Part shown: positions 37,158-46,825 of the stretch, in pieces
How the letters are laid out: the number at the start of each line of letters is the position of its first letter
Position numbering within the stretch: the first letter of the stretch is position 1
From: Ignavibacteriota bacterium
GTDB taxonomy: Bacteria > Bacteroidota > Ignavibacteria > UBA10030
Direction: 5' to 3'
NCBI GenBank assembly: GCA_003162695.1
Contig: PMML01000046.1
Coordinates: 32,512-96,511, forward strand
DNA length: 64,000 nt
The notes under the pieces: model-generated
Seen by the model: the letters and a program-made list of their open reading frames with translations, nothing else
Database searches by the model: none
What the model was told of the DNA's origin: nothing
Program-made: the position numbers and the translations under genes

Positions 37158-38222
37158 ATGAAAGTAAAGAGTGATTGTCGTTTATTTAAAGGAGAAGTTC
37201 CCTGCCGCCCGCATAAAATAAAAGGCGTGCATTGTGAAAATTGTCCGGACTATGATGCGACGGATAAAAACATCCTGATTGTCAAGCTTGCAGCGATCGG
37301 TGACGTTATACGTACAACCCCGCTCCTACGTCGTATTAAAAAGGAATATCCCAAGTCAAAAATATGGTGGCTTACACGAACGCCGGAAATACTGCCTGCA
37401 GAAGTCGACGTGAAGCTTCCCTTTGTTTTAGAATCCATTATTGCATTGACAGAAACGCCTTTTTACCTTGCATTCAATCTTGACAAAGACCGTGAAGCCT
37501 GTGCGTTGATGAATAAAATTAAGGCTAAGAAAAAATTCGGCTACGACCTTGTCAACGGTATTTGTCATCCCTTGAATTCTGCAGCCGAGCGGAAATGGGA
37601 AACAGGATTGTTTGACGATGTCAACAAAGTGAATACCAGAAGCTATGTGGAAGAAATATTCGCAATAGCCGGATATGCCTTTTGCGGCGAACGGTATATG
37701 CTGCCGTTCTATGATTGGCAGGATAGACGATGGAAATTTGTAAAAGGGAAAAAAGTGGTGGGTCTTAACACAGGGTGCGGCGGCCGGTGGACCTCACGGC
37801 TCTGGCCTGAAACACACTGGGTTACACTTGCTGTATCGCTGAAGAAAAACGGCTATGAAGTGGTGCTCCTGGGCGGAGAACAGGAACACGAGAAGAATTT
37901 AAGACTGGCCAAAAAATCGAAAGCTCTATATTTCGGACATTATTCGCTGAACGGCTTTATCAATTTGATGAATCACTGCGATTTGGTGGTGACGGCTGTG
38001 AGCATGGCGATGCATTTGACAATCGGTTTGAATAAAAAAATTGTTCTCTTTAATAATATTTTTAATAAAAACGAATTCGAATTGTATGGTTTAGGCGAAA
38101 TATTGGAACCTGATTATGACTGCACCTGTTATTTCTCGCCGATATGTCCGAATAATTGCATGCAATATTTAAAACCGGAACGAGTTCTCGAAACTATAAA
38201 GAGATTGCTCCCGAAGAAATGA
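37158..38222 (+). CDS. GT9-family glycosyltransferase (heptosyltransferase-like) with Cys-rich N- and C-termini
   Basis: The GT9 motifs ILIVKLAAIGDVIRTTPLL and ..VVTAVSMAMHLTIGLNKKIVLF are present. The N-terminus has C-x8-C-x9-C-x2-C. The C-terminus is CTCYFSPICPNNC. Confidence 0.75.
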   Translation: MKVKSDCRLFKGEVPCRPHKIKGVHCENCPDYDATDKNILIVKLAAIGDVIRTTPLLRRIKKEYPKSKIWWLTRTPEILPAEVDVKLPFVLESIIALTETPFYLAFNLDKDREACALMNKIKAKKKFGYDLVNGICHPLNSAAERKWETGLFDDVNKVNTRSYVEEIFAIAGYAFCGERYMLPFYDWQDRRWKFVKGKKVVGLNTGCGGRWTSRLWPETHWVTLAVSLKKNGYEVVLLGGEQEHEKNLRLAKKSKALYFGHYSLNGFINLMNHCDLVVTAVSMAMHLTIGLNKKIVLFNNIFNKNEFELYGLGEILEPDYDCTCYFSPICPNNCMQYLKPERVLETIKRLLPKK

Positions 38223-39346
38223 AGATCCTTGTTCTCAGCACGGCCTATCCATGGCGCGGCGGCATTGCTCATTACATTGCACTGCTTGCAGGCCATCTAC
38301 AAAAGAATCATCGAGTAGATATTGTCACATTTACACGGCAATATCCGTTATTTCTTTTTCCCGGCAAAACTCAGAAAGAGTCTGGGGATCCGGGTATTGT
38401 TTTGCAGACAGAATCGATGGTCGACTCGATTAATCCGGTCAACTGGATCCTCACCGGATGGAAATTACGGAAGCGAAACTATGATGTCGTTGTTTTTAAA
38501 TACTGGCTTCCTTTCTTCGGGCCTTGTTTTGGAACAATATGCCGGTTGATCAAGTGGAGAAAAAAAACGAAAGTTATCGCTCTATGCGATAACGTGCTGC
38601 CTCATGAACACCGTCCGGGCGATTCAATATTTACAAAATATGCTTTTCATATTGTCGACGGATACGTTGTGCAATCTGAATCTGTAGAACAGGATTTATT
38701 GTCCTTTGTTAAGAATCCCTCCTATAAGCGTGTGATGCATCCGATTTACGAAAATTTCGGGGCTTCGATCTCAAAAATTGAAGCGCGAAAAGCATTGGGA
38801 TTTAAAGAAAACGACCGCATCATTCTTTTTTTTGGGTATATCAGAAAATATAAAGGCCTGGAACTCCTGCTTGAAGCGATGAAGACGATTAAGAAATCGA
38901 TGGATATTCATTTGCTGGTAGCGGGAGAATTTTATGATGATGAACTGCATTATCGTGACTATGTAAAAATAAACGATCTGAACAACTGCGTCCATTTTAT
39001 TTCGGAATATATTCCCAATGATCGTGTTCCATATATTTTCTCTGCAGCTGATTGCGTCGTGCTTCCGTATCGTTCGGCAACTCAAAGCGGTATCGTACAA
39101 ATTGCGTATAATTTTAATAAACCTGTCATTGTTACGGATGTCGGCGGGTTGGCGGAAACTGTATCGGACGGCATTTCCGGATTTGTGGTGCGTCCCGGAT
39201 CGCCTGAGGCGCTTGCCGGATCTATCGAGGCCTTCTACCGTGAAAAGAAGGAAGCTTCTTTTGTCGAAGGTGTAATAAAGGAAAAGGCGAAATATTCATG
39301 GGATACTCTGGTTAAAGCAATTGAAGCATTGGCAGAAAAATCGTGA
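38219..39346 (+). CDS. GT4-family glycosyltransferase (group 1)
   Basis: An ATGA overlap with the upstream stop is present. The start is MKILVLSTAYPWRGG. The C-terminal GT1 motif region is ...PYRSATQSGIVQIAYNFNKPVIVTDVGGLAE. Confidence 0.8.
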   Translation: MKILVLSTAYPWRGGIAHYIALLAGHLQKNHRVDIVTFTRQYPLFLFPGKTQKESGDPGIVLQTESMVDSINPVNWILTGWKLRKRNYDVVVFKYWLPFFGPCFGTICRLIKWRKKTKVIALCDNVLPHEHRPGDSIFTKYAFHIVDGYVVQSESVEQDLLSFVKNPSYKRVMHPIYENFGASISKIEARKALGFKENDRIILFFGYIRKYKGLELLLEAMKTIKKSMDIHLLVAGEFYDDELHYRDYVKINDLNNCVHFISEYIPNDRVPYIFSAADCVVLPYRSATQSGIVQIAYNFNKPVIVTDVGGLAETVSDGISGFVVRPGSPEALAGSIEAFYREKKEASFVEGVIKEKAKYSWDTLVKAIEALAEKS

Positions 39347-39362
39347 ACATTGATGCCTGGAG

Positions 39363-40634
39363 ATGGTGAAAAGAATGAAGAAAGTTCTTTTTATTTCGTA
39401 TTATTGGCCGCCGTCGGGGAAGAATACGCTTCACTGGCCTTTGTTTGTTATGCGCCATCTTCCGGAATTCGGATGGCAGCCGGGAGTGTTGACGGTAGAA
39501 AAAGATTCTTTTTCATTTTCGGATGAAAGCCTGTGCGCGTACATTGCGCCGGACGTAAAGGTTTTACGCACTAAGGTGCATGATCCCTTTTCATTATATA
39601 AAAAGTTTATCGGTAAAAAACAAAGTGACCCGTTGATCGGATCAGAAATGTTTTCCCATACTGATACGAGCTGGCGCCACCGATTGGCGGTATGGATGCG
39701 ATTGAATATTTTTATTCCCGATGCACGAATCGGCTGGTATTGTCCTGCATTGCGCGGGGGAGAGTCGTTCATTGATGAAGAAAAACCGGAAGCAATTGTT
39801 ACGATCGGACCGCCGCATAGTTCTCATTTGATAGGCAGGAAATTAAGCAGACGTTTCGGATTACCTCATGTGGCTGTTTTTATCGATCCTTGGGTGGATA
39901 TTGCATATTACCGCGGCTACCAGCGGACTAAGTGGGCTCTTGCTTTGGATACGCATTGGGAACGCTCGGTGATGGAATCGGCCCGTCGGTTGGTCTTTGT
40001 CACACACGATATGTGCTCGGTATATATGCAGAAATATCCGTGTATATCTGAAAAATCCGACATTCTCTATTGGGGATACAGCGGAGAGCTATTTCCTAAA
40101 AACAAACCGGCAGGAAAAACAAAAGAAGAAGTTCTTCTTCACGCAGGCAATCTGTACGATTATCAGAACCCGCAGTCACTCTGGAAAAATATAAGATATG
40201 AAATTGACCGGGGACGTCCGCTTCGTCTGCGCTTTGTGGGAACGGTAAGCAGCGGAATCCGGCAATCGATTGAAACTGCGGGTCTGGGACCATATACAGC
40301 CTATTTGGGTTTTTTGCCGCTGCCGCAGGTGCTTGAGGAAATGGAAGCCGCAACCTATTTATTATTTTGTGCTACGGAAAAACGCCATGTACCGGGAAAG
40401 CTGTTTGAATATCTTCGTGCAGGGAATCGGATTATCGGATTCGGCGACGATAATGAAGAGATCCAAATGATATTGCAAAAAGCGCATGCGGGGAAATTGT
40501 TTCCGTACCAATACCAAGGAACCGATATTTTCCAGCAAGTACAATCAATGACACCGGATCCGGATGCAGCCGCACAATTTGACCGTAAAATAATTGCTCA
40601 GGGATTGGCAAAAATATTGGATGAAATAACGTGA
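39363..40634 (+). CDS. Putative GT4-like glycosyltransferase
   Basis: The N-terminal LFISYYWPPSG and the C-terminal PGKLFEYLRAGNRIIGFG resemble GT4 N- and C-domain motifs. The family assignment is tentative. Confidence 0.5.
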   Translation: MVKRMKKVLFISYYWPPSGKNTLHWPLFVMRHLPEFGWQPGVLTVEKDSFSFSDESLCAYIAPDVKVLRTKVHDPFSLYKKFIGKKQSDPLIGSEMFSHTDTSWRHRLAVWMRLNIFIPDARIGWYCPALRGGESFIDEEKPEAIVTIGPPHSSHLIGRKLSRRFGLPHVAVFIDPWVDIAYYRGYQRTKWALALDTHWERSVMESARRLVFVTHDMCSVYMQKYPCISEKSDILYWGYSGELFPKNKPAGKTKEEVLLHAGNLYDYQNPQSLWKNIRYEIDRGRPLRLRFVGTVSSGIRQSIETAGLGPYTAYLGFLPLPQVLEEMEAATYLLFCATEKRHVPGKLFEYLRAGNRIIGFGDDNEEIQMILQKAHAGKLFPYQYQGTDIFQQVQSMTPDPDAAAQFDRKIIAQGLAKILDEIT

Positions 40635-40711
40635 ACGGCTCTGGATTTGTGTGTTGCGGTACCGATCGCTATTCTCGATGAGTATATCGGGAATAACAGG
40701 ATAAAAACGCG

Positions 40712-41890
40712 CTATTTGAGAGCTTTGTCCACCAGATTTTTTACCGTATCTACTGCGATTGTTTGAATATTTAAACTTGAACCGTCTTTGAATTTTTCAA
40801 CCAGTTCTTCAAACGAAAAACGGGAGCCGGCAATTTCAGGTGGATAGGCATAAAAGACAGCCGGATGTAATTCTTTCGGATATTCAGTGAACCTGCCGAA
40901 ATGATTTCCGTTTGAAATAACCACTACAGGGATATCTGCAGCAGCACCGATGTGAGCTATACTGGTATCGTTGGACACAACGAGCAATGATCCCTGTATC
41001 AGGGCAATGGTCTGACACAGGTCTGATTTGCCTATCATATTTGTTACGTATGATCGTTCTGCGATGGATTGTTGTTCCTTTTGAGCAGGGAGATCATGAA
41101 TATCACCGATAAGAAAACTGGTTAATCCATATTTTGAATGCAGGTAGTCGATGAGGTGAAGAAATTTTTCAATGTGCCATCGCCTTTTTGACAGAAGCGC
41201 GCCCGGACATACAACCGCGTATTTCACGTCATTTGCTTGACGAAGGAGAGACGGCAATGAAGGCTTTCGAACGGAAATATTTATGCCCAGCAGTTTTTCG
41301 AAATATTCTTTGATTTTAGAGAACTCAAAAACAGCGGATGGCGAAATATCAATAAGTTCAGTGTAATACCTGTTGAAAATCTTTCGTTCCCAGTGTTTAG
41401 CATGGATGAAATCCCCTTTGCACCCTACTGATTCTCTTGCACCGGCAGCACGTACAATCGAATCTTCAAGTATCGAGTCGCGGGAATAAACAGGATTGAG
41501 CACAACTTCGAATCCTTTCCTCCGGATCTTTGCCAGGAGAGCGAATCTATAAAAAAGATGACGCTTGAACGAATTATGATTGACCCATATAAAATCCGAC
41601 ACCGTTTGGGAATCGAAAGTCATTGCCAGATCTTTGTAGGACTCGTTTCCGCAAAGAGTTATTGAATATCCCCTATATCGTTCGGCTGTTTTCAATGTCT
41701 CTAAAAAATTACGAAAGAGGATATAATCACCAATGCCCTCGATTTGGACGACGAGCAATGTCTTTGAAGTCGTTTGCTTGTGCCGCCATCGAAGTAACCC
41801 ATCAACGATATAAAATCGCATGAACCGCTGAGAATCAATAAAACCAAGAATCAGTGTTTTAATAAATGCAAGAGAAGAAAACTGTCTCAT
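40712..41890 (-). CDS. GT9-family glycosyltransferase (heptosyltransferase-like)
   Basis: The sequences LVVQIEGIGDYILFRNFL and VVSNDTSIAHIGAAADIPVVVI are GT9 signatures. Confidence 0.75.
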   Translation of the reverse strand: MRQFSSLAFIKTLILGFIDSQRFMRFYIVDGLLRWRHKQTTSKTLLVVQIEGIGDYILFRNFLETLKTAERYRGYSITLCGNESYKDLAMTFDSQTVSDFIWVNHNSFKRHLFYRFALLAKIRRKGFEVVLNPVYSRDSILEDSIVRAAGARESVGCKGDFIHAKHWERKIFNRYYTELIDISPSAVFEFSKIKEYFEKLLGINISVRKPSLPSLLRQANDVKYAVVCPGALLSKRRWHIEKFLHLIDYLHSKYGLTSFLIGDIHDLPAQKEQQSIAERSYVTNMIGKSDLCQTIALIQGSLLVVSNDTSIAHIGAAADIPVVVISNGNHFGRFTEYPKELHPAVFYAYPPEIAGSRFSFEELVEKFKDGSSLNIQTIAVDTVKNLVDKALK

Positions 41891-41932
41891 ATGTGTAAGA
41901 AGTCTTTAAGATCCGTTTCATAAAAGTAATTT

Positions 41933-42850
41933 TTATGTTGAAGATAAGCGACGAATAATACCCCACAGCTTGACGAATTTGTTGGGGCAAATGGATTTAC
42001 GGAATGTTTTGCAATCAGTTTTGGTATCTGGAATAATAAATATCGGATGAACTATCTGCTGCATTGGATGTGTAGGACGATTGGCAAGCGGATGATGGAT
42101 GTCGAGGGTGTGCGTGGCATTCGCATCAAAACCGATATTTGAGACTAAATTGATATTAGGAATTACTGCAAGTCCATTGTTGACCGACATCGTAAACTGC
42201 CATTGAATATCCCATGTGTCGATTTTATTATGGTGCACAAAATCAAACTTCTTTTGCCAGAAATGCCGCATTGCAGGGGAATGAAATAATGATTGCATCA
42301 GATGGCGTTCAAGTACTTGGGGGAAATGTGAAATTGTAACATCATATTTCTTCCATGCTCTGCGCCACGTTGCCCATCCCCAGATTTGAGTAAGTGTGGA
42401 AAAATAATACGATGCATCGCTGATTGGGAGATGCTTTAAGTATTGCGTGCCGCCAATTTCCATAATACGTTCATCATGGCGGTATCGTTCCAAAAGATCT
42501 GCGCAGAAATGAAAGAAGGATCTGTCTGGCAGACAATCGTCTTCAAGAATAATTCCTTCTTCCACATGATCGAAAAACCATGTGATTGCAGAACTGACCC
42601 CAATCTTACAGCCCAGATTGTTCTCTGAAAAATGCGTCTGTACATCGCATTCCCAATCAACTTGCTTAATAAGAGCGCGTGCCTGCATGCATCGTTCGGC
42701 TTCACCGATTTTTTGCGGGCGTGGTCCGTCTGCCGAAACGAATAATCGAGGAGGCTTAACGGCGCGGATTCGCTCAAATACGCGAGCAGTCGTATCCGGA
42801 CGGTTAAAAATGATAAAAAGAATTGGTGTTGTGAATGGTTTTAGAGTCAT
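41933..42850 (-). CDS. GT-A-fold nucleotide-diphospho-sugar transferase-like protein (HlpA-like)
   Basis: The N-terminal ILFIIFNRPDTTARVFERI...LFVSADGPR pattern resembles a family of GT2-like sugar transferases. The assignment is tentative. Confidence 0.4.
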   Translation of the reverse strand: MTLKPFTTPILFIIFNRPDTTARVFERIRAVKPPRLFVSADGPRPQKIGEAERCMQARALIKQVDWECDVQTHFSENNLGCKIGVSSAITWFFDHVEEGIILEDDCLPDRSFFHFCADLLERYRHDERIMEIGGTQYLKHLPISDASYYFSTLTQIWGWATWRRAWKKYDVTISHFPQVLERHLMQSLFHSPAMRHFWQKKFDFVHHNKIDTWDIQWQFTMSVNNGLAVIPNINLVSNIGFDANATHTLDIHHPLANRPTHPMQQIVHPIFIIPDTKTDCKTFRKSICPNKFVKLWGIIRRLSST

Positions 42851-42907
42851 ATCATCTGTAATGGCGGCATCCTATTGTTTGTTTCCATGTCTTGAAGAGG
42901 AATATTC

Positions 42908-44074
42908 TTATCTCAATAAAAATGTATGTGTCCGTAACAGGGGTGCTTTGCCGAGAACCTCCATTAATTTAAGATATTTTTTTGTACCGACAAGTTTGAG
43001 AAAGAAAAACGCTGTTTTTGCCAGGAATAATGATCGGATGGCTTTTTGTGGGACCTTTTTCCCATAATGCTTGAGAGTCTTATAAAACTCTTTTTTACTT
43101 AAAAGAAATGGATGCGGGCAATATCCGGCAATCATTGCATAAAGCCGGCGTTCAAGTATTGAAATTGCAAAACCATCGGCAAAGTAATTATATCCATAGG
43201 AGATGCTTTTATATTTTATATAATCGTTGCTGCGCACTCGATGCCGGTACTCAATATAGAGAGTTCGAAGTTCGGGATGAATGTCGAATCCTACGGTCTT
43301 ATCATGCTTTGAAAGGATTGATTCATTTTCAATATCGATAGAACTGAAGTGGTAAAAAATCAGGCTACTGGTTTTGTTGACCATACCATGTTCAATGACC
43401 CGTTCATGCAGATTCCAAAGGCTTACATTGTAACCGGGGTTCCGCACAATGAAAATGTTTTCCCAAAAGACGATTGCCAGTTCAGCCCATTTTTGGTCGA
43501 CAAAAATTCCCGTGTTTGGTTCTATAAAGCACAGGTATTGACAACGCTCTTTCCACCAGTCAAGAAATTCAACGGTTTCTTCGGAATTGGAAATTCCTAT
43601 GAAACCAAGATTAAAGATCCCGCTGTATGTCATGTTTTGCTCCCATTGCACTTTATCGAGGAACGATTTCGGCGCTTGTGATGGATGAAGTGCATGCGGA
43701 GTCAATGCAATCGAAAAAGTATCCAGAGCATGCAGGACGTCGTCCAACCGTCCATAGACATAGATATCGGGGTCTAAGTAAAGTATTTTTTTATAGCCTT
43801 TATTGAGCAAGAAAGAAAAGAAAAAGGGTTTTACGGCAGTATTGAGTTCTGTAATTTCATAGACAAATGCCATTTGTTCAATACTGGGAATGTGCAATTC
43901 ACCCAATGTTAAAGCAGAAAACCAATTTTCTACAGGAATATCCTTTACATCTTTGTCGACAAAAAGGTAGAAGAGATCGCATTCGGCATGCTGGGCAGAA
44001 ACGGATTGAAGCAGGGTTATTCCGAGCGAATAGTAATTAACGGATGAAACCGTACAAATGGCCGTTTTATTCAA
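42908..44074 (-). CDS. Hypothetical protein, possible nucleotide-diphospho-sugar transferase
   Basis: 388-aa ORF embedded in the glycan locus. The N-terminal TVSSVNYYSLGITLLQSV...FYLFVDKD is reminiscent of GT-A enzymes. It is not confidently assigned. Confidence 0.35.
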   Translation of the reverse strand: MNKTAICTVSSVNYYSLGITLLQSVSAQHAECDLFYLFVDKDVKDIPVENWFSALTLGELHIPSIEQMAFVYEITELNTAVKPFFFSFLLNKGYKKILYLDPDIYVYGRLDDVLHALDTFSIALTPHALHPSQAPKSFLDKVQWEQNMTYSGIFNLGFIGISNSEETVEFLDWWKERCQYLCFIEPNTGIFVDQKWAELAIVFWENIFIVRNPGYNVSLWNLHERVIEHGMVNKTSSLIFYHFSSIDIENESILSKHDKTVGFDIHPELRTLYIEYRHRVRSNDYIKYKSISYGYNYFADGFAISILERRLYAMIAGYCPHPFLLSKKEFYKTLKHYGKKVPQKAIRSLFLAKTAFFFLKLVGTKKYLKLMEVLGKAPLLRTHTFLLR

Positions 44075-44086
44075 GATTATGCCCGT

Positions 44087-45112
44087 TCATTTATTATAAG
44101 ACAATAAGAGATTGATTTTTTCGATTACAATATCGACAGGTATATCACGAACTTTTCCATGATAATGAATGATGCAATTCTCCTCTTGCTGCGTCATCCC
44201 GGAATATGGAGTATAGAAAGCAAAGTTTTCCCAAATGCCGAGCAGCACTATTTTAGGGATGGATAATGCATTGGCGAAATGAGCAAACGCACTGTCAACA
44301 CCGATCATAAACCGGCTCTTTTTTATCACCTGGGCAATTTCTGATAGAGAGAGTGACCCGCAAAGGCTGATAAATTCCGGTCTCTTCATGTTGATTGAAC
44401 TTGCCATTCCGACTTCAACAACTGATAGTTTTTTCTGTTCGATAAGATAATGAATAATTTGTTCCCATTGAGGGGTAGTCCAATTTTTTTCAACGGCATT
44501 TGAAGACGTATGAATAACGACATACCATTCAGGCAGTCGAAAATCTTGTTCACTTGCGTATGGCGGCAAATAATAGACAGGTCTGTCTTTAAGTTTCGGA
44601 ATATTTGCCATGAGACAGAAAGCATCTAAAAGAGTGCCCATGTGAAAATAATTCGTGAATGTTACTCCGTGCTTGGTGGGATTCGACAGCATGATCCAAT
44701 ACTTTGTGCATAATCTTCTGTCAAAATGTAAATCAAAAACAAGGTAAAAGACCGATAATATTTTTTTGAGATATATCCATTCTGACAAACAGGATACGGT
44801 TATAATCTTGTCGATGTTGGGATTAAAGCGAAGTAATTCTGCGTATTGTATGCTGACGACTCGGATGAGAAGATGGTCTTTATACTGGTGTTTCAGATAT
44901 CTATCAATCGGTTCACTTGCAACAATATCGCCTATGTGTTCGATGAGAGATACGACGACTTTTTTCTTCGTTTTTTGAAAAAAATACAAATCGAGAAATT
45001 TCTCAAAAGCCAGGATATAGAGATGGGATAAATAAATGCTCTTAGCCAATTTATAAACATGAGTGTTATGTTTACTGAGCCACGCAGCTATTATCTTTTG
45101 TATCCGCATCAA
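44087..45112 (-). CDS. GT9-like glycosyltransferase
   Basis: The sequences VVSLIEHIGDIVASEPI and IGVDSAFAHFANALSIPKIVLLG resemble the N- and C-terminal motifs of heptosyltransferases. Confidence 0.55.
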   Translation of the reverse strand: MMRIQKIIAAWLSKHNTHVYKLAKSIYLSHLYILAFEKFLDLYFFQKTKKKVVVSLIEHIGDIVASEPIDRYLKHQYKDHLLIRVVSIQYAELLRFNPNIDKIITVSCLSEWIYLKKILSVFYLVFDLHFDRRLCTKYWIMLSNPTKHGVTFTNYFHMGTLLDAFCLMANIPKLKDRPVYYLPPYASEQDFRLPEWYVVIHTSSNAVEKNWTTPQWEQIIHYLIEQKKLSVVEVGMASSINMKRPEFISLCGSLSLSEIAQVIKKSRFMIGVDSAFAHFANALSIPKIVLLGIWENFAFYTPYSGMTQQEENCIIHYHGKVRDIPVDIVIEKINLLLSYNK

Positions 45113-45141
45113 TTATCTGCCGCTATAAAATATATTCTTTT

Positions 45142-46569
45142 TCACTTCTTTCCCCAAATACCGGCGGCCTTGCCGGAAAGAATTTTTTTGACTTGAAGAG
45201 GCCATAGAAAACACCCGGGGAACAAGCAAAGAGAGGGTGCAAGAATGACGCCGGGTATGCCCAGATGCAAATATTTGGAAAATATAATTGCCAGCGGTAT
45301 ATTTACAATCCCCGCAGCAATCGAATACAGGAGCTCCATGCGGATGATCCCCGTACCGTTAATAAAATTTGAATAGATACTGGACCATGCAATGATAAGC
45401 ACATAAATTCCCATTGCAATAGAAATAGCAATGGGAATATGAATTTCCCTGCCAACCCACATCCTGTAAAACGTATTTGCAAAAAAAGTCATAAGAATGA
45501 CAATTGCAACGCTCAAAAACCATAATCGCCTTAAGACGTCGAGTGTTCTTTGGATCCATGGAATGTCTCCCCGTGTAAACGCTTCCGTATAAGCAGACCA
45601 AAACGGAAGGAGAACAAGATAGAAGACCATAGAAACGATGTTAAAATATTTAAATGCAATGTTATAGGGAATAACTTCCGCCGGCGAAAATAGTTGGATG
45701 ATAATAATGTTTGAACTTGAAAAAATGATCAACGCACTTATTTGCAAAATAAAAAACTTTACGCCTAAATTCATAAGTTCTTTAGCATGGGAAAATTGAA
45801 CATAGCGCATTGATGGCCGAAGATGCCGGTATTTTGACGAGAATAAAATAATCGAAGCACCGACGGGAACGAGTCCGGTGCAGGCTCCGAGTCCTATGCT
45901 GAGGCTGAGTAATGAGCTTTGCGTCGTATGTATCAAGAACCAAATAATGGCAAGTGAAAGAATGTTTCCACAGACATCTATGACACTATTGGACGCCGGT
46001 TGTTGGTCTGCGACAAGAACTGTTCCGATAAGTCCAAAAATAAAACGGAAACAGAAGAAAAAGAACGTAATTCCAGCAACCATGCTTAACTCGGCTGATA
46101 TATCGCGAGGTGCATTAAGAAGCGATGACCAGTTTAAAAGCGGGTTGATAAGGACAAAGACCAAAAACAAGACAACCATGACCAGCGTAAGAATAGCGTA
46201 TGTCGTACTAACATATATACGGGCAAGTTCGAAGTCATTTTTTGCTTTCGCCTCGGCAAATTTATTCCGAAATCCGTTTCCCAAGCCAATATCGAAGAAC
46301 GTAAACCATCCGACGATTGAACTGATAGTCAGCCAAATGCCGTATTTTGTCGGGGTCAAATAATGAAGCGTCAGCGGAACAATCAAAAAACCGGTCAGGA
46401 GGCTGATACCTCGCAGGATGAGCAATGCGAAAATATTTTTTCTCGCCCTTACCGTCCGGGCATTACCGAAAAAGAAAATAGGCTCAATAATTGGTTTGAA
46501 CCATACATAAATGCGTTGAGTTCTCTTGCCGAGAAGTTGAAAAAGTTGATTCATCATGAAATTATTCAA
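45142..46569 (-). CDS. Polysaccharide biosynthesis protein / Wzx-like flippase (MOP superfamily)
   Basis: 475-aa protein with about 12 predicted TM helices. It sits in the glycan locus. Confidence 0.7.
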   Translation of the reverse strand: MNNFMMNQLFQLLGKRTQRIYVWFKPIIEPIFFFGNARTVRARKNIFALLILRGISLLTGFLIVPLTLHYLTPTKYGIWLTISSIVGWFTFFDIGLGNGFRNKFAEAKAKNDFELARIYVSTTYAILTLVMVVLFLVFVLINPLLNWSSLLNAPRDISAELSMVAGITFFFFCFRFIFGLIGTVLVADQQPASNSVIDVCGNILSLAIIWFLIHTTQSSLLSLSIGLGACTGLVPVGASIILFSSKYRHLRPSMRYVQFSHAKELMNLGVKFFILQISALIIFSSSNIIIIQLFSPAEVIPYNIAFKYFNIVSMVFYLVLLPFWSAYTEAFTRGDIPWIQRTLDVLRRLWFLSVAIVILMTFFANTFYRMWVGREIHIPIAISIAMGIYVLIIAWSSIYSNFINGTGIIRMELLYSIAAGIVNIPLAIIFSKYLHLGIPGVILAPSLCLFPGCFLWPLQVKKILSGKAAGIWGKK

Positions 46570-46825
46570 TATAATTAGTTTTCACTGAAAAATACGCGGT
46601 GTTGACGGAGAGAACATGATTGGATTCATATCGATTTCAAGCCTTTGCTGCGGACAATAAATTCTGCTTCCCATTAAAAATGTGAACACCTATAATTGCT
46701 GATGCTGCATGAGTCTTTCAAGATACGACATAAAAGAAGCAATTTTTCCGACTCCTTTAGGATGGTTTTATACTAAAAATACCGGTTACGGAATCCGGCG
46801 GCAAATGGAAAAAAATTGACCTTTA

